From: a virus
DNA length: 64,000 nt
Virus record (IMG/VR): IMGVR_UViG_3300022674_000045
Location: 1-64,000 of that record
Strand: one strand, 5' to 3'
The notes under the pieces were generated by a model that had not been told where the DNA came from, made no database searches, and saw only the letters and a list, made by a program, of their open reading frames with translations. Positions 29,192 through 37,961 of the stretch are shown here, one piece after another. The number at the start of each line of letters is the position of its first letter. Positions within the stretch are counted from its first letter, which is position 1. Both the position numbers and the translations under genes were made by a program.

Positions 29192-29788
29192 ATGGATACT
29201 AATAGAATGAGATTGGGTCTTGCTTATATATTCAAAGAAAGCACACAAATTGGAAAAGCTAGCAAGATTCAGCTGATTAATTTTATTGAGCAAGCTAGTG
29301 AGCATCAACTTAAAATTCTTGCGTTGGATGGAGAACTTGTTCACAGCAAAATGATTGATGAATCAACAAAAGAGATTGTTGATGAAAGATTTGAGGCTTC
29401 TCCGCATATTATTGAGTCTTTAAAGAAAGCATCATTGCAAGGACTGAATGAACTCGCTAAAAAAAAGTCTGTAATTAAAGAAGAAAGTGTTTTGGCTATT
29501 ATAAAGACATATGGACTAGATGCTTCAAAGAAATATAATGCATGTATGGCCAAAGCAAAAAAAGAAAAATGGTTTAGCAAGAATAGAAGTCTTGCAGTAG
29601 CTCTGTGTAAACAGCAAGATTATGCTTATAATGCACAACAACTAATGAAAAATATTGGCATGTGTAAAAAAGCAAAGGATCCAGAAAAATGTAAAAAGCA
29701 TGTGAAACAGATGGCTTTTGTTAATAAATCAGAGGCTGATAAATATGGAGCAAAAGTCAACAAACTAAAATCTAAAATGAATAAATAA
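29192..29788 (+). CDS. Cys/Lys-rich helical paralog B
   Basis: SKIQLINFIEQASEHQLK; MCKKAKDPEKC. Confidence 0.65.
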   Translation: MDTNRMRLGLAYIFKESTQIGKASKIQLINFIEQASEHQLKILALDGELVHSKMIDESTKEIVDERFEASPHIIESLKKASLQGLNELAKKKSVIKEESVLAIIKTYGLDASKKYNACMAKAKKEKWFSKNRSLAVALCKQQDYAYNAQQLMKNIGMCKKAKDPEKCKKHVKQMAFVNKSEADKYGAKVNKLKSKMNK

Positions 29789-29817
29789 AATAGACACGAA
29801 GGAAAGGAGTTCGACAA

Positions 29818-30609
29818 ATGACATTCACAGGATTTAAGGTTACTTACCCGGAATATGAGGTAATAACACCACAGACAAAACAATCGTTTACATTGAAATC
29901 TTTAAGTGTAAGTGAGGAAGAAAGACTAAAAGGTAGTTTAGTAACACCAAGCAAGATTGCTGATCATTTAAATGCTTGCATTTTTCAATCATTGGTGAAG
30001 AAACCAGATAACATTACTGACCTAGCATCTTTTTTGAAAAATACAACTCTAAAAGATCGAGATGCTTTACTTTATGGTTTGTACCATATTACTTATGAGG
30101 AAATAAGAAATTATCAAGTTAAATGTAAAGAGTGCTCAGCTACTTATGAAGTTACGGTTCAGGCATCAAGTACATTTAATTTTACTCCATATCCTGGAGA
30201 TAAAATTATTGGGGAAACAAAAACATTTGAGCTTCCTGTAACAAAAGGAGTTCTTGTAACAATCAAACAACCGACTCTTTTTGATGAAATGATCGGTATT
30301 AAAAATTTAAACTCAAGACCCGGTTCAACACTCGAATTAATTACAGAGACTTTGATAATTGACAAATTTGAGCAAGATGTTCCTGAAAGAAAAGACCCTA
30401 TTGTATATGATGATAGAGTTGATATTGTTGATGCTTATATGTCAATTTCAGCAAGAGATAAAAGAGAGATTTTTAAACAATACTCTGATAAGTTTGGGCA
30501 ATATGGCGTTGATCTTAAAATGAAAAGTAACTGTACGAGTTGCGGGCATGAGGATGTTTATAATATAGATTTGGTGGAAAGCTTTTTTCGTTCATTGTAC
30601 TCAGCATGA
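29818..30609 (+). CDS. Baseplate hub/tail assembly chaperone (T4 gp26-like)
   Basis: YPEYEVITP...EEE.L, DRDALL, CKEC, P..FDE, and CTSCG...FF C-terminus. Confidence 0.8.
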   Translation: MTFTGFKVTYPEYEVITPQTKQSFTLKSLSVSEEERLKGSLVTPSKIADHLNACIFQSLVKKPDNITDLASFLKNTTLKDRDALLYGLYHITYEEIRNYQVKCKECSATYEVTVQASSTFNFTPYPGDKIIGETKTFELPVTKGVLVTIKQPTLFDEMIGIKNLNSRPGSTLELITETLIIDKFEQDVPERKDPIVYDDRVDIVDAYMSISARDKREIFKQYSDKFGQYGVDLKMKSNCTSCGHEDVYNIDLVESFFRSLYSA

Positions 30610-30808
30610 AGAAATAGTTAAATATAAAAAAGATTTAAATGAATCAGTGTTTGTTTGCATGGAAATGAGTAAACAATCATATGTTGAGTGCCTTTCAATG
30701 CCTTATAAAAGATTTCAAGATTATATGCGATGGAAGAACAAACTTGAAGAAGAAAAGCAAAAAAGGATGCATGAGGAAATAAACAAACATGGCAAATCTT
30801 TTAAGTAG
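30587..30808 (+). CDS. gp51-like/TAC C-terminal extension, probably reached by frameshift from the gp26-like gene (not in ORF track)
   Basis: The +1 frame is open from 30569 to TAG at 30806-30808 (..HEEIVKYKKDLNESVFVCMEMSKQSYVECLSMPYKRFQDYMRWKNKLEEEKQK..); no SD-led start; TTT TTT CGT at 30583-30591. Confidence 0.65.
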   Translation, partial: FVHCTQHEEIVKYKKDLNESVFVCMEMSKQSYVECLSMPYKRFQDYMRWKNKLEEEKQKRMHEEINKHGKSFK

Positions 30809-31238
30809 ATTTAATAAAACTGTAGTTGGATCTGATTCAAAACTTGCCGACTATAAATCTAGAATTTCCAGTGTTGGAGATTTTCAAAGAATAGAAGATG
30901 TCAATGTTATTTTAAACTCATGGTCCAATATTCTCACTACCCCTAAAAGAACTTATATGTTTGATCCGGAATATGGAAGTAATTTATACAAATTGGTTTT
31001 TGAACCTGCAGATGATAGAACCAGAGAACAAATAGTTCAAGAAGTTGTTTCATCAATTAGAGCTTATGATGATAGAGCACGGATTAAAGATGTTACTATA
31101 TCTTTCTTTCCAAATATGAAAGGCTTCAATGTTGCTGTTGATGTTGAATATGATAATGAATCTGGTCAAGTTTCAGTTGCAATTGATGAAAATACCTACT
31201 TCCAGTTCTATGAGTCTTTAGATGAAACGGAGTCCTAA
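30789..31238 (+). CDS. Baseplate wedge protein gp25-like
   Basis: NILTTPKRTYMFDPEYGSNLYKLVFEP...YDDR GPW/gp25 signature. Confidence 0.9.
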   Translation: MANLLSRFNKTVVGSDSKLADYKSRISSVGDFQRIEDVNVILNSWSNILTTPKRTYMFDPEYGSNLYKLVFEPADDRTREQIVQEVVSSIRAYDDRARIKDVTISFFPNMKGFNVAVDVEYDNESGQVSVAIDENTYFQFYESLDETES

Positions 31239-31240
31239 AA

Positions 31241-32413
31241 ATGATTAATGATAACGATAAAAAATTACTAACAGAATGTGGAAGAGAATATCTTCTCGAT
31301 GTTGTTTTTGATAGTAATGTTTTAAAACAAAAATTAACATTTAAAGAACATGTTCATCTATGCAGTCAGGTTAAAAAATTAACATATGAAGAAGTTATAA
31401 CCTTATTGGTCACAGAAGATATTAGAGATTTTGAAAGTAAGTTTTCAAAGTTTTTAAAATATAGTATTGCTGCAATTGCTGCCGGAGTGGTAGCAGGGCC
31501 TGGTGCGCTTCTTGCAGCTCCAGCTGTTGCAATGTTTATCCTTTATCTGTATAGAAAAGCAACTGATACATGTGTGAGATCTTGTTTTGCAAAAATGCCA
31601 CTTTCAAAACAAAGAAAGATTTGTAAGTATGAATGCCAGTTAAATGCTGCTAAGAAAATGGCGGATGATATTAGAAATAATATATCAAAATGCAGTCAAT
31701 ATCAACACTCTGAAAAATGTGAAAAGAAACTTGAAAAAGAATATATTAAATGGGCAAAAAGAGTTCAAATGTTAATAGTTAGATTGAACAAAGCTAAGGT
31801 TGATGCGGAAGAAAAGATAAGAAAACAAAGACAAAAAGAATTAACCAAGAGAGCAAAGACTTTAAGGGCCTCCTTAGAATTACCAAAAGATCAAATAGTT
31901 AAATTAGTTTCAGAAAATAAAGTTATTAGAGATAATTTTTCATTCAGAGATCATTTAAAATTATATCAAGTCTGTCAATATATTAAAGAAGATGATGGAG
32001 TTGCCCCAATTAAACTTGATCCTAAAAAAGAAAAAATGGTTAGAACTGTTATGTATTTGGGGCTTTGGGCTGTTCCAGTTCCTTTTTTTAATGACCTCAT
32101 CAATTATATTGTAAAAAAATATAGCTTCGGATGTGCAAGTAAATGTGCAGCACAAGGAAAACTTCCAAAAAATGTTTGTTATTTGCAATGTTCTTATTTG
32201 GGAGCACAATACGCAGTTAAAACTTTAAATAGTCAATTAGCAAAATGTAATAAAGCAAATAATCCATCTAAATGTAAAAAGAAAATATATAACATGCTTG
32301 AAGATTGGAAACAAAGAGAGGTTGAAAGAAAAATAAAATTTGAGTCAGGGTTAAGGGCTGCATTATCAAAGGCAAAAGCAAGAAATGCAAAGGCAGCACA
32401 AAAAGGACTATAA
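31241..32413 (+). CDS. Cys/Lys-rich helical paralog C (two tandem modules)
   Basis: Two copies of hydrophobic helix + CxxxC...C...C...KC(x8)C. Confidence 0.65.
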   Translation: MINDNDKKLLTECGREYLLDVVFDSNVLKQKLTFKEHVHLCSQVKKLTYEEVITLLVTEDIRDFESKFSKFLKYSIAAIAAGVVAGPGALLAAPAVAMFILYLYRKATDTCVRSCFAKMPLSKQRKICKYECQLNAAKKMADDIRNNISKCSQYQHSEKCEKKLEKEYIKWAKRVQMLIVRLNKAKVDAEEKIRKQRQKELTKRAKTLRASLELPKDQIVKLVSENKVIRDNFSFRDHLKLYQVCQYIKEDDGVAPIKLDPKKEKMVRTVMYLGLWAVPVPFFNDLINYIVKKYSFGCASKCAAQGKLPKNVCYLQCSYLGAQYAVKTLNSQLAKCNKANNPSKCKKKIYNMLEDWKQREVERKIKFESGLRAALSKAKARNAKAAQKGL

Positions 32414-33085
32414 ATGGCAATTCAACATTATCAACGCATTTATGAATATATACATGAGTACCAGAATTTAGTTTACGATTATTATAGCAAACACGTTGTG
32501 GCTTTTCTGGTCACTTATTATAATTTAAATGTATGTGATACAATCTGGGAAGATGAAGATATTATGGGTGGAGCATATGAACAGGTTGGAGATCTTTCCG
32601 GAATCAAAAGAAATAAAATTTTAGTATTGCCTTTGTTTTATTCAGAAGAATATTCAACAGCTTTTGATGCACAAGAGGTTGGATATGTAAAAGAGAATGA
32701 AACTTCTTTTGTTATGCCAAGTACATATAAATTTAAACCCTATCCAAATGATATTATTAAATTGGAGCAGGAATATTTAAGTCCGACCAATAATACATAC
32801 CCTCTGTTTGTTGTAACGGGTGTTGAAATTCATCCAAACACAGAAAGACGTTTTTGGAAAATTAGATGTAAGACTTTTCAAAGTGAGGGGTTACCATCAG
32901 TAGAAGCGCAGGTTGAAAATACATATTCATTTGTAGAATATGATAAGAAGATCCATACATTAGAAGATTCACAATTTATGGCTAGATTGTTATACAAGCA
33001 TTCATTATTAAAACCAAGTTTAAAAAATTTATATGATAGTAGATGTGGGTATTATTTTACCTGCAGACAACCTGTAAGCTGTTAG
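32414..33085 (+). CDS. Putative neck/head-closure protein
   Basis: Size and context; YYNLN...YEQVG...PYPNDII pattern. Confidence 0.45.
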   Translation: MAIQHYQRIYEYIHEYQNLVYDYYSKHVVAFLVTYYNLNVCDTIWEDEDIMGGAYEQVGDLSGIKRNKILVLPLFYSEEYSTAFDAQEVGYVKENETSFVMPSTYKFKPYPNDIIKLEQEYLSPTNNTYPLFVVTGVEIHPNTERRFWKIRCKTFQSEGLPSVEAQVENTYSFVEYDKKIHTLEDSQFMARLLYKHSLLKPSLKNLYDSRCGYYFTCRQPVSC

Positions 33086-33095
33086 GAGATAAATA

Positions 33096-35576
33096 ATGAC
33101 TGACACATTATCAAGTCAAATATACCTATCAAGAGATAGTATTAGAGAACAAATATCAGCAGAAGTAAAGAATTATTTAGAACTGAATAATGTAGACCTA
33201 ACGAAATCTTCATTCTTAAGCTTTTTGATTGATACCGTTTCGACTCTTACAGGTAACTTGTTGTTTTATGAGCTATCAACATATAGAGAATTTTTCTTAA
33301 CAAAAGCTCAGCTTCCAGAATCAATTTTAAACCTTTCATCATTTTTGGGTTATAATACAAGAGAAGCAACACCGGCTTATGCAGATGTCTTAATGTCAAT
33401 TCCACTGACATTTGATGATCCATCTGTTCAATTTCAAATTCCTCAAGGATTTGTTTTCAAATCTGATGATATTGAATTTGTAACTTATTATTCAACTACC
33501 ATCACGGTTGATAATAATTCCTCAGCAACAATTCTTGTTGCAGAAGATAACAAACGATTTGTATTGCCTTATACAATTGAAGATAATACGCTAAATTTTG
33601 TTTTACCATTGAGACAAAGAAAAGAAGTCGTTGAGGAGTTTCAAATTGATAGTGATATACAACAATATCAATTCATTACTTTAGATGTACCAATTACAGG
33701 AGAGGTTGCAGAACTGATTGTACAAGTTAAACCTTCAGAAAGTGCTGGGTATACAACTTGGACAGAATATGATAGTTTATTTTTAATGTCTTCAACTGAT
33801 AAAGGATATGTATCAAGAAGAACAGATACTGGTCGAAGATTAACTTTTGGTAATGGTCTGATTGGAGTTCAACCAGCGCCCGGATCTAATGTTCTTGTAA
33901 CAATAGAAACAACTGAAGGGGAAGATGGAAATGTAATTGCAGGATCTATTAGATCTGGAGAAAGAATTTATGTTCAAACATTATCTGGTGTTAATCAGGT
34001 GGTTGCATATGATGTTGTAAATACATCTCCGGCTTACGGTGGAGTAGATGAGGAATCGCTTGAAGACGTTAGAAAAAATTCTATTGCATCTATTTCAACA
34101 TTAAGTAGATTGGTAACTGAAAATGATTATAAGAATATTAATGTTGTCGTTCCAGATTCCCCAATTGCTCAAAACTCATTACCAGTATTAAAGAGATCTG
34201 ATTTACAGGTTAATGAAATTGAATTATTTAGTGGTTTGATTTTTGGGTCGGGAACTGAAGAGGTTGATAATTTAGTTCCAACCAGAAATGCTGTATGGGA
34301 AATCCCATCAACTCAAACATCTATTCAAAGAGATGATATAATTACAATTGGTGATAGTGATTATTACTCAATGTTTGAAATTGGAATTGATACGGTTAAT
34401 ACAAATGGAGAATATACATATATAGTATATGAATTGGAGCTAATACCAGCACTAGAGACAAGCTTTGGGTCAACATATGATTTATATTGTGATAAATTAG
34501 AAGTTATAAGAAATGGAACACAAGGAATATTTAAACTGTATTATCAATCTGGAGAACCAGATTTTGATCAAGCATCATCTACAATGAAAATTACATCGAG
34601 TGGTTCTACTTTCCCGATGACCAATGATACAACTTCAGGATATTTTATTTATACATTTGATCCTTATACAGACATTCCATTGGGTGAGCAAACATATGAG
34701 TTTACAATTCAAGATCCAAGTTCAAATAATATTGCTAGATACTCAAACAAATTAACATTCAGAAGAGACTTGACAACCTTCATGAGATCAAATGTTGAAA
34801 TTTACGATAGTACAACCATCATTGTTTATGATGTTCCAGTCATAGAAAAAGATTACTATGATTCAATTAACAAAAGAGATTTTGAGTTACAAGTTATGCA
34901 AAAAATAATTTCAACTCTTGATCTAGCAGATTATAAAATGTTAACTGATTTTACAAATATCAAATTTACAAACACCCATGGTTCGCTTCAAAATATGCAA
35001 TTGAATGAAGCTACAATATCTGCGGTTCTTGATATTGTAGAAACATTGCCTGTTGGATGCTCGGCTGATTCTAGATACATTTATGCACCTTGTACTGGAG
35101 ATGATCCATACCAAGATAATATTATTAAATGTACTGATGCCACAAGTTTAACTGTTATTTATGAAGAGCCTGTTTCTGATTCGATTGTATATATTGCAAG
35201 TAAGGGTGAAAATTACATTTATTCAGAGCGTGGTTGGATTCCTCTGCCAGAATATACAATACCTATTGAAATAGAAGTGGAGGTATTCAGAAGTACAACA
35301 TTTAGTGGGACGCTGTCTACATTAATAACAACAGTTCGTGAAACATTGTACGAAGCATTTAAAGATAGGTTCGGAACAAACGTAGAGTTATATAGATCAG
35401 AGATAATTGATATTGTCCAAGGGATTGAAGGTGTCAGTCATTGTAGATTGAGAAAACCCGAGACAAGTATTTTCTTTAATTTTGATCTTATAGATTTAAC
35501 TCAGGATCAACTATTGAGATATGGTCCTGAATATGTTTATTTTACAGAAGATAACATTACAGTTAGGGTAATATAA
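33096..35576 (+). CDS. Baseplate wedge subunit (T4 gp6 / P2 gpJ-like)
   Basis: REFFLTKAQLPESILNLSSFLGY; LTFGNGLIG..P; GGVDEESLEDVR; RLVTENDY; IEGV. Confidence 0.9.
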   Translation: MTDTLSSQIYLSRDSIREQISAEVKNYLELNNVDLTKSSFLSFLIDTVSTLTGNLLFYELSTYREFFLTKAQLPESILNLSSFLGYNTREATPAYADVLMSIPLTFDDPSVQFQIPQGFVFKSDDIEFVTYYSTTITVDNNSSATILVAEDNKRFVLPYTIEDNTLNFVLPLRQRKEVVEEFQIDSDIQQYQFITLDVPITGEVAELIVQVKPSESAGYTTWTEYDSLFLMSSTDKGYVSRRTDTGRRLTFGNGLIGVQPAPGSNVLVTIETTEGEDGNVIAGSIRSGERIYVQTLSGVNQVVAYDVVNTSPAYGGVDEESLEDVRKNSIASISTLSRLVTENDYKNINVVVPDSPIAQNSLPVLKRSDLQVNEIELFSGLIFGSGTEEVDNLVPTRNAVWEIPSTQTSIQRDDIITIGDSDYYSMFEIGIDTVNTNGEYTYIVYELELIPALETSFGSTYDLYCDKLEVIRNGTQGIFKLYYQSGEPDFDQASSTMKITSSGSTFPMTNDTTSGYFIYTFDPYTDIPLGEQTYEFTIQDPSSNNIARYSNKLTFRRDLTTFMRSNVEIYDSTTIIVYDVPVIEKDYYDSINKRDFELQVMQKIISTLDLADYKMLTDFTNIKFTNTHGSLQNMQLNEATISAVLDIVETLPVGCSADSRYIYAPCTGDDPYQDNIIKCTDATSLTVIYEEPVSDSIVYIASKGENYIYSERGWIPLPEYTIPIEIEVEVFRSTTFSGTLSTLITTVRETLYEAFKDRFGTNVELYRSEIIDIVQGIEGVSHCRLRKPETSIFFNFDLIDLTQDQLLRYGPEYVYFTEDNITVRVI

Positions 35577-36695
35577 ATGGATGAACTATTAGCAAAAGCT
35601 AACATAAAAGATTTACAATTAAAAAATGAAATTGTTAAAACCGTTGCGTTCAATTTAGATAAGTTATCAGAGCCTTGCTATTATCCAGAACTAAAAAAAG
35701 AATTATATACTTTTTTGAAGTTAACAAATTTAACCGAAAAAGATATTAGAGATTTTACAAAGAGAAAATGGAAAGGGAGAAAAGAGGCTTCATTTCAACT
35801 ACATAATGATGCCGCTTCAAATTTCTATATATTTCTATTACAATATTTTCTTAAGAAAAATGATAAAGTTGCTTATGCAAATTTAATGGTTTTGTATGTT
35901 TTACGCCAATATGCTAATTTAATTCACAAGACTTTTAAATATTGTAACCCTGATTCTTTTAAATATGCTCTTGAAATTTTAACGAAAACCCATCTATTCG
36001 CCAGGGAAAAAACAATTGCAAATGCTATTTATTATATGGCACAGGAAATGATAAAAAGATGGACTAGGGCACTAAGAACCAATGATCTTGATGGAATTAG
36101 CAAGTTTATACAAGAGTCTCGCCATCGTGTATCACAGAGTGTAAAAAGTTTTGCTCAAACATATTACAAAGCTGATAAAGAAGGAGTTGGATTTCAAACA
36201 GAAACCTCTCCAGATGAAGAAGATGAAAATGCTTATCAACAACAATCCACTGAAAGATCAACAAAATTAATTGATGATATTGCTCAAAAATTAACTGTTT
36301 ATAGATTTGTTGATAGAAAAACACAAGAAGAAGCTAGACGGTTTTCCAAAATAAAGGCATCGCTTGCAACTCAAATTGTTAGTAAATTAAATAATACTGA
36401 ATATGCAGATTTGATAAGATTGGTTTTGAAATTATATATTAAAGATATTCAAGATATAAAACAATTTTGTGGAAAAGATTACGAAAAATATTTAAGACAA
36501 CTAATGTCTCTAAAACGAACAAAGGCCCAAATATATTTTAAACAACAAGTAGGAATATTGTTACAAAAATTATTGGCGGACTTTGATTATTTAAAGACAT
36601 ATAAAAGTCTAACCTCTCAAACACAATACCTCATTAGTTTATTTCTTGCCTATTATTTGACTTCGCTATTAAGACATAGTGTCTGTATTAAGTAA
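35577..36695 (+). CDS. Hypothetical helical protein
   Basis: 372 aa ORF directly after the gp6-like gene; no motif recognised. Confidence 0.6.
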   Translation: MDELLAKANIKDLQLKNEIVKTVAFNLDKLSEPCYYPELKKELYTFLKLTNLTEKDIRDFTKRKWKGRKEASFQLHNDAASNFYIFLLQYFLKKNDKVAYANLMVLYVLRQYANLIHKTFKYCNPDSFKYALEILTKTHLFAREKTIANAIYYMAQEMIKRWTRALRTNDLDGISKFIQESRHRVSQSVKSFAQTYYKADKEGVGFQTETSPDEEDENAYQQQSTERSTKLIDDIAQKLTVYRFVDRKTQEEARRFSKIKASLATQIVSKLNNTEYADLIRLVLKLYIKDIQDIKQFCGKDYEKYLRQLMSLKRTKAQIYFKQQVGILLQKLLADFDYLKTYKSLTSQTQYLISLFLAYYLTSLLRHSVCIK

Positions 36696-37944
36696 ATAAA
36701 TCCGTTGGTGATTGTGATCTTAAAGCTGCCGCAAGTGCTGCGGTATCTGATTGAACTCTGTCGGTTACAATTTTCTCAAGGACTTTTGGTGCGTTTCTTC
36801 TGCGTACTGCTTCATTTTTTGCTATAAATGATTGATCTGCTTCTAGAGTAGCAGCATCGGTTCTAAATCTGTCTGAGCTAACCAGGATACCCTCTCCTTG
36901 AGCTCCAACTGCAGCAGAAATCCCAGCCCTATGTCTCATTTCATTTCTTGTATAACTTAATGTTGAGTCGTTTTCTAATAAGTGATCAAGATAATTATTA
37001 ACAGTTGGTCTTGCACTTTCAAATGTTTTATTTTCTTCCAATACCATTGTTCCATATAAACTTGTAATATCAATTCTAACATCAACCATTGCTAATTGCT
37101 GATTAAATGCCACCTGTTGTTGATCCCCTCCTTTTATAACTGTAACATTTGTTATAACCGCTGGATCCAACCCATAAATACCTCTTGAGTATATTTTATG
37201 AAAAAATGGCCAATTAAATGTTTTTCCATCTTCAGATCGTGGAATAGCCAAAGCAAGTATAACTGCAAGAGGACCAATAATATGTCTTTGGGTCGATGAT
37301 GAACTTGCTGGGTTTGGATTATACAATCTTACAGTTGCTGTATATGATGGAGTATATCCACTATTCCTCCAAATTTGTGGAAAGTCAACTCTATGACCCC
37401 CAATCATTTTATCAATCATTTGAGCTGCACCACCAAGAACTTTGTTTCCTGACATTGATGATTTTAATGTTCTTAGAGCTGCTGCTGTTCCAGCGGCACC
37501 ACTTCCAATTCCTTCAACAATTCCCCCCAAAGCTCCACCCATTTCCTGACCAGTAGTTTGAAATGTTCCACCTAAAGTATCAAGAGTTCCAAGGCCAGAT
37601 GTATTTCCTGTCATTTGTGCAAGTTGCTGCATACCAGATGATGCAACATCTGTAAATTTTTGTAAGAATGTTTCACCATATTCATTTGTAAATGAGTCTG
37701 TTGGAAAGTTATCAGCTATAAAGGCAAGTCTTATCGGTTGAGTATCTAATTGATATCCAAGAGAATTAAGGATCCCATTATATTTATCCCATGCTTCATT
37801 AACTCTAAATAATGTCAAACCAGATTCAAAATGTGGTGTGCATGGAGTAATTTCCATGACTGGCATACTATTTATAATTTCCGTATCGCTTACATGTGAT
37901 GCTGGAGGCATTCCAAATGTGTTATTAAATGGTGATAGTTTCAT
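36688..37944 (-). CDS. Baseplate-tail tube junction protein (gp48/gp54-like)
   Basis: FTNEYGETFL; FPQIWRNSGYTPSY...L; WPF...ITNVTV.KG tube-fold pattern; follows tape measure gene. Confidence 0.55.
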   Translation of the reverse strand: MKLSPFNNTFGMPPASHVSDTEIINSMPVMEITPCTPHFESGLTLFRVNEAWDKYNGILNSLGYQLDTQPIRLAFIADNFPTDSFTNEYGETFLQKFTDVASSGMQQLAQMTGNTSGLGTLDTLGGTFQTTGQEMGGALGGIVEGIGSGAAGTAAALRTLKSSMSGNKVLGGAAQMIDKMIGGHRVDFPQIWRNSGYTPSYTATVRLYNPNPASSSSTQRHIIGPLAVILALAIPRSEDGKTFNWPFFHKIYSRGIYGLDPAVITNVTVIKGGDQQQVAFNQQLAMVDVRIDITSLYGTMVLEENKTFESARPTVNNYLDHLLENDSTLSYTRNEMRHRAGISAAVGAQGEGILVSSDRFRTDAATLEADQSFIAKNEAVRRRNAPKVLEKIVTDRVQSDTAALAAALRSQSPTDLFT

Positions 37945-37961
37945 AGTATAAATTTATCTCC

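Noticed and set aside
36688-36695. Convergent gene overlap without a terminator as a regulatory feature
   Set aside because: An 8-nt 3' overlap is common in compact phage genomes; no further supporting signal
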